Shown: positions 27,445 to 37,283 of the stretch, piece after piece
Position numbering within the stretch: position 1 is the first letter of the stretch
How the letters are laid out: every line of letters starts with the position of its first letter
Source of the DNA: a phage
Reading direction: 5' to 3' (one strand)
Sequence record: PZ509022.1
Length of the DNA stretch: 64,000 nt
Program-made: the position numbers and the translations under genes
The notes under the pieces: model-generated
The model's database searches: none
What the model was told of the DNA's origin: nothing
Seen by the model: the letters and a program-made list of their open reading frames with translations, nothing else

Positions 27445-27734
27445 TCAGTCTCCAATTTAATGTTCATAATTCTAGCGTATGATTGTGCCATCTCCGCGCC
27501 TCGCTCTATACATTCAAAATCAGAAGAGCACGGGTCATTTTTATAGGTCGTTCTCATAAAACTATAGAATTGTTCAGACGATTCTACGCTTTTATTTTCA
27601 AAAAGTGTATAAACGTGCCTAATACCAGATTCCATAAATTTATCAAAATGAGGATCGACATTCGCTTCAATCGGTGGAGATAAAGCAAACGCTAATCCTA
27701 GCATGGCAAATAGTGCCGTTGCTTTTAAGGCCAT
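27441..27734 (-). CDS. rI: Lysis inhibition regulator rI (periplasmic antiholin)
   Basis: 97-aa ORF with an N-terminal signal-anchor (MALKATALFAMLGLAFALSPPIEA) and conserved cysteines; matches T4 RI. Confidence 0.85.
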   Translation of the reverse strand: MALKATALFAMLGLAFALSPPIEANVDPHFDKFMESGIRHVYTLFENKSVESSEQFYSFMRTTYKNDPCSSDFECIERGAEMAQSYARIMNIKLETE

Positions 27735-27746
27735 AAAGGCCTCCTA

Positions 27747-27959
27747 TCATTTTTGTCCTGTATTTACTTTATGCCGATGCACGGCCTTAACTTTATCAAG
27801 GTATTTTTCAAAATTTCGCAATCTAGTATAGTCTGCCGGAGATTGGTTGAGTGATACTTCTCGACGCAAAGCTGAAATGATATTTCCAACTTCCCTACGA
27901 ATTTCATCTAATTGAAGAACAGTAAGATTGCGAAGTTGCTTTTCAGTTAATTGTAGCAT
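27747..27959 (-). CDS. Small hypothetical protein (rI.1-like)
   Basis: 70-aa ORF between tk and rI. Confidence 0.5.
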
Positions 27960-28001
27960 ATATACCCCTTTAGTTAGATAAACCTATTTATAACTTTTGC
28001 A

Positions 28002-28583
28002 CTAACCGAGCTTTTTAGTTAATTCGTTCCAATGTTTTCTACACAAAGAAACATAAATTTCATCACCAATACAGATTTGATTACCTTCTTTAACTGGTGT
28101 TCCATCTTCCATTAATCGAGCTGTCATAATAGCTTTTTTACCACAATGACAAACTGCCTTTAGTTCAATAAGTTTATCTGCAATCGCCAAAAGTTCTTTA
28201 GAACCTTCAAATAATTTTCCAGCGAAATCAGTCCTTAGCCCATAAGCCATAACAGGAACATTATATGTATCAACAATTCGACTTAATTGATGCACCTGTT
28301 CAGTTTTTAAAAACTGAGCTTCATCTACAAATACACAATGAATATCTTTTTGTGCTTCAGCCCATTTATAGAACTCAAAAATATCCATATCATCCGTAAT
28401 AATATTCGCTTCCTGCTTAATTCCAATGCGAGAAACGACTTCACAGACAGAATCGCGAGTATCAATAGCAGGCTTAAGAACTAATACACCCATTCCGCGT
28501 TCTTTATAATTATGTGCAGCAGTCAAAAGAGAAGCAGATTTTCCAGCATTCATTGCTGCGTAAGTAAAAATTAAACTCGCCAT
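28002..28583 (-). CDS. tk: Thymidine kinase
   Basis: 193-aa ORF; P-loop MNAGKS, Walker B VFVDEAQF, C-terminal zinc cysteines (CHCGK...CRKH). Confidence 0.92.
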   Translation of the reverse strand: MASLIFTYAAMNAGKSASLLTAAHNYKERGMGVLVLKPAIDTRDSVCEVVSRIGIKQEANIITDDMDIFEFYKWAEAQKDIHCVFVDEAQFLKTEQVHQLSRIVDTYNVPVMAYGLRTDFAGKLFEGSKELLAIADKLIELKAVCHCGKKAIMTARLMEDGTPVKEGNQICIGDEIYVSLCRKHWNELTKKLG

Positions 28584-28592
28584 ATCACCTTC

Positions 28593-28784
28593 TTAAAGCA
28601 TATTCACATAAGCTATTAATTCGTTTTCTTTCTTATCAAACCGATCAGCAAATTCTTCTTGCTGTTCGGGAGATAGCGGGCCGTATTCATCATAAAAGGT
28701 GTTTGCTTCTGTATGCTCATCTAGAAGTTCATGGATAAGCTCAAACAATTTATCTTTTTGTTCTTTACTCAGACTCATAACCAT
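28593..28784 (-). CDS. Small acidic hypothetical protein
   Basis: 63-aa ORF. Confidence 0.5.
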   Translation of the reverse strand: MVMSLSKEQKDKLFELIHELLDEHTEANTFYDEYGPLSPEQQEEFADRFDKKENELIAYVNML

Positions 28785-29002
28785 GTCACCTTTAAGCAGT
28801 ATTCTTCTACATGCTGTTTACGACCTTTCTTATCAATAAAGGTATATTCAACGAATGTTCCAATGTAGTCTTTATCTACATCATGTGGACTATTAATTGG
28901 ACATTTAGTACGGCAAATGCGTTCCCATTGACGAATAATTACTGCCTTATTCTTTGGGTCATACGGATGTGGATAATGTATATTCATAATAACGGTTCCC
29001 AA
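28775..29002 (-). CDS. Small hypothetical protein
   Basis: 75-aa ORF. Confidence 0.5.
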   Translation of the reverse strand: MGTVIMNIHYPHPYDPKNKAVIIRQWERICRTKCPINSPHDVDKDYIGTFVEYTFIDKKGRKQHVEEYCLKVTWL

Positions 29003-29451
29003 TCAACAATCACAATTTCTAATTTAGAGGAATATGTATCTAAAATCCCCTCAATAATATCCCAGTTCCCTTTACCTATGGCTGCTCCAATCCTAGGCAT
29101 ATAGATTGTAGGTTTAATCAGTTTATTTTCACCAAACTCATTTAATTCTAACATACAATTCATTAAAGCGGAATACTCAAAATTTGGCCCTGGTTGAAAT
29201 TGAGTATAAAGATTAAAGCAGTAAGCTTTATGAGTCCTAAAGTATTTTTCATAGACTGAGTAAGAACCGAGTTTAGTTACATCGCCCCATTCTGTCTGTA
29301 ATTTATCAGCTTCCAAAATTTTAGGGAAAGCTTTGGTTAATTGACCCGCTACGCCTGAACCCATAGTATGAAAACAATTGCATCCATGCGCAATATTTTT
29401 ACCTTCAGCGAAAAGGGCGACAATATCGCCCTTGATATATTTTACAATCAT
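28984..29451 (-). CDS. Macro-domain (ADP-ribose binding/processing) protein
   Basis: 155-aa ORF; KGDIVALFAEGKNIAHGCNCFHTMGSGVAGQL resembles the macrodomain nucleotide-binding loop. Confidence 0.6.
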   Translation of the reverse strand: MIVKYIKGDIVALFAEGKNIAHGCNCFHTMGSGVAGQLTKAFPKILEADKLQTEWGDVTKLGSYSVYEKYFRTHKAYCFNLYTQFQPGPNFEYSALMNCMLELNEFGENKLIKPTIYMPRIGAAIGKGNWDIIEGILDTYSSKLEIVIVDWEPLL

Positions 29452-29789
29452 CTAGTACTCAATCCTCGATTATAAGAATCTACCAAACGGTCAACCATTG
29501 AATGACAAGCGGCTTTATCTTTCTCCTCCGCAACTGAACATTCTAAGGTATTCCACTTTTTAGCATATCGTTTTAATAATGTATCGTTTTTGTATCTGCT
29601 TGATTTATCTCTTTCTCCGTCTTTATATGCATATATTAATTTCTGTGCAAATTCAGCTTGGCATGCTTTATTTTTCCCACAATAATCTGCCGCAGTGCGG
29701 TTTACATATTCTCTAATTTCAGTATATGATGTATCTGCTAACGCAGAAAATGAAATTAATCCTATACATAAAACCAAAATTTTAGTCAT
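29448..29789 (-). CDS. Secreted hypothetical protein
   Basis: 113-aa ORF with a classical signal peptide (MTKILVLCIGLISFSALA-DTS) and several cysteines. Confidence 0.55.
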   Translation of the reverse strand: MTKILVLCIGLISFSALADTSYTEIREYVNRTAADYCGKNKACQAEFAQKLIYAYKDGERDKSSRYKNDTLLKRYAKKWNTLECSVAEEKDKAACHSMVDRLVDSYNRGLSTR

Positions 29790-30327
29790 TTACTATTTCC
29801 AAAAGTTTATTATTTTTAAGGTAATTAGCCTTTTCTAGGACTTCAGAAGCATATTTAGAACCAGCTTTAACATTCCATCCCGAATTATAAGAGGATATTG
29901 CTTTTCTTATATCGCCCTTATGTATATTTAACCAATAAGAAAGTTCAATGTACGCCCAGGAAGCTGAATTGGACCGTTTATTCAACATTCTTTTTATTTC
30001 AGCATCGGTCATATTATAACCAAGTTCCTTAACTCTCGCTCGCATAGTAGGCAAATAATTTTGGAACATTCCGTAGGCGTGATGCTTTGGTTTAGATTTT
30101 AAATTAACTCCGCCAGAGCTTTCTTGCCATAAAATGGCTGCCATTATATGACCTAATCCGCTCTTGTGGATATTTTTGTGTGTTTTATATTTTCCATCCT
30201 TAGAAAATTGTTCCCCGAATTGATACGCGTAACGCATGTTATCGAGTTGGACATTACTGAAAGTATGCTCGGAGCTATGCGCCATCATTGAAATGGCCAA
30301 TAGACCAGCGAGTAGTGCTTTTCTCAT
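29782..30327 (-). CDS. Secreted lytic-transglycosylase-like protein
   Basis: 181-aa ORF with a signal peptide (MRKALLAGLLAISMMAHS) and an SLT-like catalytic region (ILWQESSGG). Confidence 0.6.
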   Translation of the reverse strand: MRKALLAGLLAISMMAHSSEHTFSNVQLDNMRYAYQFGEQFSKDGKYKTHKNIHKSGLGHIMAAILWQESSGGVNLKSKPKHHAYGMFQNYLPTMRARVKELGYNMTDAEIKRMLNKRSNSASWAYIELSYWLNIHKGDIRKAISSYNSGWNVKAGSKYASEVLEKANYLKNNKLLEIVND

Positions 30328-30334
30328 GCTTACC

Positions 30335-30796
30335 TCATTGAGTTTTAATTACTGCTTTAGAAGCCTTTCCTGGTAAACGACGACTGTTGATAATTGCCAT
30401 CCTACATTGAAGTGACGGGTCTTTGAACTTCGCGTTAGGTTTACAAACTGTAAATCCAAGCCAAAGATTTCCATCTGTGATTTCTAAACGTCCAGGACGA
30501 TATTCAACCCCATCAATAAAATCCTCGTCAATGTCAGGACGCGGAGGCATACTCAGGAATTCATTAACTTCTAAAACATGGTCTTTTATTTTATGGAATA
30601 ATTCAAAAACATATGTCTCATCAATCTCCCGTTGAATTGCACGATCAAGAAGATGTTGAGAATATTTTAGATGAAACGATGAGACTCCTGCTGCTTTTGA
30701 TGCCTCACGAATCTCATTGTTAATTTGACGAAACTCCGACTCAAAGTGACGACGAAGCTTATTTCGACGGATAAAAACTTCTGTATTGATAGTCAT
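30335..30796 (-). CDS. regB: Site-specific endoribonuclease RegB
   Basis: 153-aa ORF; same length and position as T4 RegB (between tk and denV); translation consistent with RegB as I recall it. Confidence 0.88.
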   Translation of the reverse strand: MTINTEVFIRRNKLRRHFESEFRQINNEIREASKAAGVSSFHLKYSQHLLDRAIQREIDETYVFELFHKIKDHVLEVNEFLSMPPRPDIDEDFIDGVEYRPGRLEITDGNLWLGFTVCKPNAKFKDPSLQCRMAIINSRRLPGKASKAVIKTQ

Positions 30797-30821
30797 GTTA
30801 TTCTCCTCTTAACTGATAGAA

Positions 30822-30854
30822 AAATTATACCACAGTCAAGAGGAAAAGTAAACA
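30822..30854 (-). promoter_or_regulatory. Sigma70-type early promoter upstream of regB
   Basis: Plus strand shows gtaaac at 30848-30853, a 17-bp spacer, and attata at 30824-30829. Confidence 0.5.
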
Positions 30855-30855
30855 G

Positions 30856-31176
30856 TTATTCTTTAAATCTAATCAATTTATTCATAGACTTTGAAACTTC
30901 TGCACGAACCTCATGTAGATTTTTGAGCTGTTCAAGACGCTGCTCATAGTAAGCAATTTCATCTTCTTCGAGACAGTCCTGTGAATCTTCTTTAAGATAA
31001 CGTGCATAGTCCTGGAAAGCGTTACGAACTACTTCCTGGAAGTCATCAAGACTTTGAATTTTCTTAGGAGCAACAGATACACGACGAGGGGCAGTATAAT
31101 ACTCATAACCAAACCCTGCGCTTAATTGAGCCATTAGTATTTTTCCTCTGGTTGGAACACTGCGCGACAAGCCCAC
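30856..31176 (-). CDS. Hypothetical protein
   Basis: 106-aa ORF. Confidence 0.5.
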   Translation of the reverse strand: MGLSRSVPTRGKILMAQLSAGFGYEYYTAPRRVSVAPKKIQSLDDFQEVVRNAFQDYARYLKEDSQDCLEEDEIAYYEQRLEQLKNLHEVRAEVSKSMNKLIRFKE

Positions 31177-31400
31177 ATACTGGCTTCTTTGAGTTTCATT
31201 TTAGCAATAGTTAACTGATCGAGGCTTTCGGCGTAATTCTTCGCGAGTTCATCATCTTCACAGCTATCAAATGCTTCCCAGAATTCATCATATAAAGCAT
31301 CAAAGATAAGCCCTAAACGAACTTCAGCATCTTTGATAGCATTCACTTTACTGATTTTATCGTCAGTATGTGGTTTATAACCTTTAATGTCTTCAATCAT
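31134..31400 (-). CDS. Small acidic hypothetical protein
   Basis: 88-aa ORF. Confidence 0.5.
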   Translation of the reverse strand: MIEDIKGYKPHTDDKISKVNAIKDAEVRLGLIFDALYDEFWEAFDSCEDDELAKNYAESLDQLTIAKMKLKEASMWACRAVFQPEEKY

Positions 31401-31614
31401 ATTTTACTTCCTCACCTGTTCCCAAATCATATTCAACTAAACGAATAGGTTCATGAATGCCATATCCTTGAACAGAAATTTCTGTCGTAGGATAAATTCC
31501 ATTAATATCACCCATGTTCCATGCTTCGTTAAATTGCTGTTCGCCTGAATTACTAAACCACTCGGCGAAAGCATTTAGCACATCTTCAGAACCTTCAATA
31601 ATTATCTTTGCCAT
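31393..31614 (-). CDS. Small hypothetical protein
   Basis: 73-aa ORF. Confidence 0.5.
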   Translation of the reverse strand: MAKIIIEGSEDVLNAFAEWFSNSGEQQFNEAWNMGDINGIYPTTEISVQGYGIHEPIRLVEYDLGTGEEVKYD

Positions 31615-31976
31615 TACAAACTCTCGGTGAAGGTACGAGCGATAACGTCGCGCTGCTGTTCCGGAGTCAGAGAGTTAAAGCGAACTGCATAACCGGATAC
31701 ACGGATGGTCAGCTGCGGATATTTTTCCGGATGCTTAACTGCATCTTCCAGAGTTTCACGACGCAGAACGTTAACGTTCAGGTGTTGACCACCTTCAATT
31801 TTAACTGTAGGCTGTTGCTCAATTTCAATTTCACGGGCATGCAAACCATAGAAAATTTCTGGGTCTACAAAAGAGTCCTCTTTAAAGGTTTTAGAGACAA
31901 TAATTCGTGCTTGAATACCATCTTCAAAATAAATAGTACCTTTATGTGTGCCTTCAAGAATTTGATATGCTTTCAT
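31614..31976 (-). CDS. Autonomous glycyl radical cofactor (GrcA/YfiD-like; T4 Y06I type)
   Basis: 120-aa ORF; the C-terminal roughly 60 aa ([63 protein letters not shown]) matches E. coli GrcA as I recall it, including the glycyl radical motif RVSGY. Confidence 0.85.
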   Translation of the reverse strand: MKAYQILEGTHKGTIYFEDGIQARIIVSKTFKEDSFVDPEIFYGLHAREIEIEQQPTVKIEGGQHLNVNVLRRETLEDAVKHPEKYPQLTIRVSGYAVRFNSLTPEQQRDVIARTFTESL

Positions 31977-31982
31977 ATAACC

Positions 31983-32363
31983 TCAATTAAAAAATAAATT
32001 TATCCAAGATTGTTCTTTAATTAAAAATGGCTCAGAATCATATGCCATTAAACTCTGTGTGATTAGTCCTTTAAAAGGCCCATCAATAAATTCCATGGTA
32101 AAATATGGAATTTTATTCATTAGCCGTGCATTAGGAGCCGTGCACAAAACTCTGCATCCTTTGAATACGCCTTTTTGTAATTTGTATTGCTTGGGATAAA
32201 ATTCGCTCAAAATGTTATTTTTTGCCAAAATTTCAAAATGATTCACCAATTTATTTTTAATAGTTTTTGGCGAAAAATAAAGATATTCGAAAAGCTGAGT
32301 GTCTGTCATCATTGCATTCCGATTACGAAAAACTGTGGACGAGTAATACCACCAATGCAACAT
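31983..32363 (-). CDS. Hypothetical protein (start uncertain, possibly 32312)
   Basis: 126-aa ORF overlapping the upstream gene unless the internal Met is used. Confidence 0.45.
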   Translation of the reverse strand: MLHWWYYSSTVFRNRNAMMTDTQLFEYLYFSPKTIKNKLVNHFEILAKNNILSEFYPKQYKLQKGVFKGCRVLCTAPNARLMNKIPYFTMEFIDGPFKGLITQSLMAYDSEPFLIKEQSWINLFFN

Positions 32364-32896
32364 TTAATATTACAGCAGCAGTGTACAGTGTCAATATGGA
32401 CACTATAAATCTTATCCATATCAGGAGATTTGACAGGCTCATCAATTATATACAAAATTCGCGAAAGCGATAAACCTCTGAACTTGCTTCCTTTATTACC
32501 AATAAAACTGCGCACAGAATCAGTAAATAAACGAAAACGTATATCATCATTAGAATAACGCGAAAATTCCTTTTTAATATTATCTGCGGAAATTTTAGCG
32601 TAAGCTGAAGTATTAGAAAGAACAATAACTGTTCCACCGTCATACAACCAATTAGCGGCAAAATTAGTTACTGCAGTTGATTTACCAGATTGACGCCCAC
32701 CATCTAGTCGAAGTGTACAATACTGTTTAAGTAAGTCTTCAAATGGCGGGATATATTCGTTTTTACAAATTTCTTCTACTCTAGCATCAGAATGGTGTGT
32801 AAAAGCATTCATCAGGGATAGATAAGGACCAGTTAAAAATGTTCTCATTTTGTTCTCTCTAGGTTTGGGCCATTCCATGGCGCATGAATTGTCCAT
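32309..32896 (-). CDS. P-loop NTPase-like hypothetical protein
   Basis: 195-aa ORF; Walker A-like GGRQSGKST and Walker B-like LYIIDEP. Confidence 0.55.
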   Translation of the reverse strand: MDNSCAMEWPKPRENKMRTFLTGPYLSLMNAFTHHSDARVEEICKNEYIPPFEDLLKQYCTLRLDGGRQSGKSTAVTNFAANWLYDGGTVIVLSNTSAYAKISADNIKKEFSRYSNDDIRFRLFTDSVRSFIGNKGSKFRGLSLSRILYIIDEPVKSPDMDKIYSVHIDTVHCCCNIKCCIGGITRPQFFVIGMQ

Positions 32897-32993
32897 TTCT
32901 GTATTTACCCATTACCGCACTTGGGCTCGACCTTATTACAGGTTGGCGGGAATCCCTCACAGAATCATGAGGTCCAGGTTATTCCCATGTTAT

Positions 32994-33410
32994 TTAAATG
33001 TAAATATTTTTGCCGTAATACTTATACCAGTGTGGCTTCATTAAAATTTTTTCATCGAGTCGTTGTTGACTCAACTTAATAGCTGATTTGCATGGATTAT
33101 AATCATTTTTCCATTCTACTGGAATATCGCTGATGTCAGGAACTTCAGTATCTTTTATACTGAACCCGCGTTTTAAGCATTCCGTTATAATGTCCGATTG
33201 ACGCTTTCGCAAAAATTCTAACTTATCGTAAAAGAAAGTAACATGACCAGAACCTAAAATAAATTTAGAAGATATTTTAAAATCTTTAACACGCTTACCA
33301 TTTGCCACATGCTTACGAACTATACCAAAAACACGCGGCAATTCACGGTATTCTGCGATTAAATGTTGATCAGCAAGTTCAGATACTAAAGTCAAATTAA
33401 TACGAGTCAT
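32994..33410 (-). CDS. denV: Endonuclease V (pyrimidine dimer DNA glycosylase) DenV
   Basis: 138-aa ORF starting [17 protein letters not shown]..., matching T4 endonuclease V. Confidence 0.93.
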   Translation of the reverse strand: MTRINLTLVSELADQHLIAEYRELPRVFGIVRKHVANGKRVKDFKISSKFILGSGHVTFFYDKLEFLRKRQSDIITECLKRGFSIKDTEVPDISDIPVEWKNDYNPCKSAIKLSQQRLDEKILMKPHWYKYYGKNIYI

Positions 33411-33433
33411 TTTATCCCTCCAAGTAACTGTGA

Positions 33434-33466
33434 ATATACTATCACAATTCTAGGAGAAAGTAAACA
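33434..33466 (-). promoter_or_regulatory. Sigma70-type early promoter upstream of denV
   Basis: Plus strand shows gtaaac at 33460-33465, a 17-bp spacer, and atacta at 33436-33441. Confidence 0.45.
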
Positions 33467-33469
33467 ACT

Positions 33470-34000
<531 letters not shown>

Positions 34001-34456
34001 TTAAAAGAGGCTGTTCATTATTCGGTAAAGTGAAGGACCCATCACATATTGCCACTGAGTACGAGGAATAAGAGCAAAAGCATCCATCTCTGGAATCATA
34101 ACGCCATCTTTATTTTCAAAATAAGACTCGCAATGGCAATTTCTAAACATCTCATGCTCTACTGGAATCGTATAATAAAATAACTGTAAGTCTTTATTAC
34201 TAGAATATTTAAATACACCTAGGTCTTCTAGAAGGTCTGGATTATAATTGCTAAAACCGGTCTCTTCTAAGCATTCTCTTTTTGCAGCTTCCAGTGCATT
34301 CAAATCAGAACTTTCTACACGTCCCTTTGGAATATCCCAGCGATGTGCCATCATTCCAGGCTTACGAGAACCAGTAACCCGACCCATAAATAAATCTTTA
34401 TCTTCTGTCATGAAGATAATACCAGCTGATAATGTTTTCATTTTAATTTCCTGCAT
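34001..34456 (-). CDS. nudE: Nudix hydrolase NudE (e.1)
   Basis: 151-aa ORF with a Nudix box (GRVESSDLNALEAAKRECLEETGF). Confidence 0.85.
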   Translation of the reverse strand: MQEIKMKTLSAGIIFMTEDKDLFMGRVTGSRKPGMMAHRWDIPKGRVESSDLNALEAAKRECLEETGFSNYNPDLLEDLGVFKYSSNKDLQLFYYTIPVEHEMFRNCHCESYFENKDGVMIPEMDAFALIPRTQWQYVMGPSLYRIMNSLF

Positions 34457-34926
34457 TCAGTGATAAAGTTATTTAAATTTTGAGTATATTTCTTTTCATC
34501 AAAAATCTTTTGTTGTCTGCGTAGCCGCCATGGCATTTCAATGAACGTGTACCATATCCCAGATAATATTGATGCTGTAAAAATATTAACAAGTATGGTT
34601 AAAAGAATCCAATCTCCTATTCTGTCCATTGGATTTTTTATAAAAAAGTAAAATACGAATGATGACACAGGAAGACTAATGATATACCACAGAATCATAA
34701 TCTTATCTGTGAACCATTCAGCATTCGTTAACTTAGCACGACCATTATGAATACACACGAATTTATCATCTGTTACAGTAGATGGCTTAACTGCTTGATA
34801 TCCCATTCTAAACTCCCTAATTAATCGTTTCTTTGTATCTTCAGAACAGCCGCTCCAGTCAACTCTATCAACTGAAATGCCATCGTCCCCATCATCTAAA
34901 TCATACCAGCGAGTTTTTAAAATCAT
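34438..34926 (-). CDS. Membrane protein (e.2-like)
   Basis: 162-aa ORF with two hydrophobic helices. Confidence 0.55.
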   Translation of the reverse strand: MILKTRWYDLDDGDDGISVDRVDWSGCSEDTKKRLIREFRMGYQAVKPSTVTDDKFVCIHNGRAKLTNAEWFTDKIMILWYIISLPVSSFVFYFFIKNPMDRIGDWILLTILVNIFTASILSGIWYTFIEMPWRLRRQQKIFDEKKYTQNLNNFITECRKLK

Positions 34927-35285
34927 TTAATTTTCCTACAATCACTCACAAACTCTTCCATTGATTCTTTTTCAATATAAGACATATAGCTATTATATTC
35001 CTTTAATTGTATTTTGTAATCCTTTTTTCTTTGCCAATTTATTTTAAAATTATCATAATGAAAATATAACATGGTACCAAAGAATGAAAATAATGAAATC
35101 GCTATAGTAAAACGAAGTTCACTCCAAACCTCTGTTATAATTACTGTGCCGTCGATATTTAAAATAAAACAGTCAATTAACAATCCAATAAGACTACCCG
35201 CAAGAGCTGTAAATACTGATACAGCAAGAATTAATAGTGCCTCAGGAAACGAATATTTGACTTTATTTAGTTTTGGCTTTTGCAT
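34923..35285 (-). CDS. Membrane protein (e.3-like)
   Basis: 120-aa ORF with two transmembrane segments. Confidence 0.55.
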   Translation of the reverse strand: MQKPKLNKVKYSFPEALLILAVSVFTALAGSLIGLLIDCFILNIDGTVIITEVWSELRFTIAISLFSFFGTMLYFHYDNFKINWQRKKDYKIQLKEYNSYMSYIEKESMEEFVSDCRKIK

Positions 35286-35680
35286 CGTGATTCCTTAACA
35301 AATTTCATAATTTCATCAAATTCATACATATCTAGCTTAAGCTGGTGTTCCTTTTTAATCTTTTTACACTGAGCTTTCCAATCACGTACACGTTTACGAT
35401 AATGTCTTCCTTGATACCAGTATCCTACCCAATTTACGGGTACTAATAAAAGTGGAACTATTAATGGAAGAATTAGCATTAACACAAGTATTTCGCCAGA
35501 ATCAATATCAGTCATAACATCTAAAACACCTCCAATAATCAATAGAATTACAAATGATATGAGTATAACAGGACCTATTAACACATCAGTAGAAATTATC
35601 TGACGCTTTGGTTCATACTTCACAGGTTTACTTGGAAGGTATAGTGATGGTTTTGACATATTCTCTACATTCCTTAACAA
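35267..35680 (-). CDS. Membrane protein (e.4-like)
   Basis: 137-aa ORF with two transmembrane segments. Confidence 0.55.
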   Translation of the reverse strand: MLRNVENMSKPSLYLPSKPVKYEPKRQIISTDVLIGPVILISFVILLIIGGVLDVMTDIDSGEILVLMLILPLIVPLLLVPVNWVGYWYQGRHYRKRVRDWKAQCKKIKKEHQLKLDMYEFDEIMKFVKESRCKSQN

Positions 35681-36242
35681 ATTTTTCTAGTAATAAATCA
35701 CTTTCAAAATTGGGATTTTCTACAAATTTATCAAAAAGATCATCAACAATAGTTAAGATATTCTTTTTACTAAGAATACGTTTATTTTCATGCTTCGTTT
35801 CAGAATCAACTATAAGAGTAAAGAAATATTTCTTGCCCTGAAATTTTACAGTAGTATCAATATAAAATAAATTTGACTTTTGTAAATTACGTTTAAACCA
35901 TGCGTCACTTAAACTATAAACACCGAGATAATCAAAATCGTCGTTTAAATAACAAACCGTCCATTCAGGAGAAATGAAATCAGTAAATTCAACATCAAAA
36001 TCACACGTCAATGAATGAATTGATTCAATACTGTTAATGAGTATTCCAGGACGTATTAAAGACTTTTTACCTCTAGAAAATCTTCCGGAAAGGCTTTCAT
36101 CAGTTTCATATGAAGACCCCCAATAGTAATTACGTCCTTCTGCCATGCGTTTAAGAGCATTTAGTAATTGGTCTGGAACATCAACCTGTCTTTGGAACTC
36201 TTCAAACATTGAATTGAAATCACTTTGCATTTTCATTTTCAT
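35628..36242 (-). CDS. Hypothetical protein (e.5-like)
   Basis: 204-aa ORF. Confidence 0.55.
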   Translation of the reverse strand: MKMKMQSDFNSMFEEFQRQVDVPDQLLNALKRMAEGRNYYWGSSYETDESLSGRFSRGKKSLIRPGILINSIESIHSLTCDFDVEFTDFISPEWTVCYLNDDFDYLGVYSLSDAWFKRNLQKSNLFYIDTTVKFQGKKYFFTLIVDSETKHENKRILSKKNILTIVDDLFDKFVENPNFESDLLLEKFVKECREYVKTITIPSK

Positions 36243-36261
36243 TCCTATTTACTCCAAGTAT

Positions 36262-36279
36262 AAGGGGCCGAAGCCCCTT
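36262..36279 (-). terminator. GC hairpin AAGGGGCCGAAGCCCCTT
   Basis: 5-bp GC stem with tetraloop at the stop of the 36284-36877 gene. Confidence 0.5.
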
Positions 36280-36283
36280 ATCA

Positions 36284-36877
36284 TTATTTCAGAGAATTAA
36301 TGTATTCCTGAACATCGGCAGAGGTAGTTTCAACCCCAGAAATATTACCGTTAAAGGTTTCAACTCGAGCAAGGGTATCTTCAATATCAACCTTAGTCAG
36401 TGCTGCAATTTCAACTACATCATCAGCAGTACTAATTCCAAGGGCATTTGCTGCACGAGTTTCACGGATATATTCCAATTTAACCGCAAGTTCTTGACGA
36501 GCATCATCTAACTCAACTACTTTCTTGGCGATTTCAATTCGCATTTCAGCATAACCGTCAGCCTTAGTAGTCAACTGCTCAGCTGTTCGACGATATAGTA
36601 AACCGAGTTTAGCATGCATTGTTACATCTTGGCCTTCGGAAAGAAGTTTACGAATTTCACGCTCTTTTGATTCGGCCTGTCGATTCTTTTCGATAACAAG
36701 TTCACGAATACGTTTTTCTTCGTTAATAGATTTAACAGAAGCAGTTTTTAGATCTTTAATTTTATCAAGTAGTTTTGCTGCTGCAGCAGTATACTGTTCT
36801 TCGACAGATAGATTTTTAGCCATAGCAGAACCAAGTTTAGTGCGAATAAACTCAACAATTTTCTTCAGTGTGTTCAT
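36284..36877 (-). CDS. Coiled-coil hypothetical protein (e.6-like)
   Basis: 197-aa ORF, predominantly charged helical sequence. Confidence 0.6.
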   Translation of the reverse strand: MNTLKKIVEFIRTKLGSAMAKNLSVEEQYTAAAAKLLDKIKDLKTASVKSINEEKRIRELVIEKNRQAESKEREIRKLLSEGQDVTMHAKLGLLYRRTAEQLTTKADGYAEMRIEIAKKVVELDDARQELAVKLEYIRETRAANALGISTADDVVEIAALTKVDIEDTLARVETFNGNISGVETTSADVQEYINSLK

Positions 36878-36978
36878 AGTATTTCCTTAGGTTAATTGAG
36901 ATTTAAAATCCGTAGGAGTATAATACTCTATCGTCAAATTATAGGCTCATAATATCTCAATCATGAGCCTGCGTAAAC

Positions 36979-37242
36979 TTATTTCATATTATTGAAATAT
37001 TCTTCTGCGATTTCGTCGTTATCATGGTAAACTTTAGAAGACAGTTTAACATAACCTTCTGCTGTGAACATATTAATCACAACTTTTACAGTATACCACT
37101 GACCGTCTTCATTACCCATTACTGCGTAAGTTTCAAACATCGGATGATCAGGACCGATAACTTTAATATCATTCACTGTACGACCGAAATATTCTGAAAC
37201 GCATTTCATAAAGAAGTTGAACAGTTCGCCGTAATTATCCAT
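36979..37242 (-). CDS. Hypothetical protein (start at the internal Met)
   Basis: Start placed at MDNYGELFNFF (37242) because an early promoter (-10 at 37286-37291) lies inside the longer ORF; GGAG ribosome-binding site upstream. Confidence 0.5.
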   Translation of the reverse strand: MDNYGELFNFFMKCVSEYFGRTVNDIKVIGPDHPMFETYAVMGNEDGQWYTVKVVINMFTAEGYVKLSSKVYHDNDEIAEEYFNNMK

Positions 37243-37283
37243 TTCATTCTCCAAGTTGTTTTCTGTATCAGTAGTTGATAGTT

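Noticed and set aside
31608-31997. 129-aa plus-strand ORF
   Set aside because: Antisense to the GrcA-like gene, whose host-type C-terminus is unambiguous.
36284-36877. Possible PspA/IM30-like membrane-stress protein
   Set aside because: The similarity is only compositional (charged coiled coil of similar length); I could not identify conserved PspA motifs, so it is called a generic coiled-coil protein.
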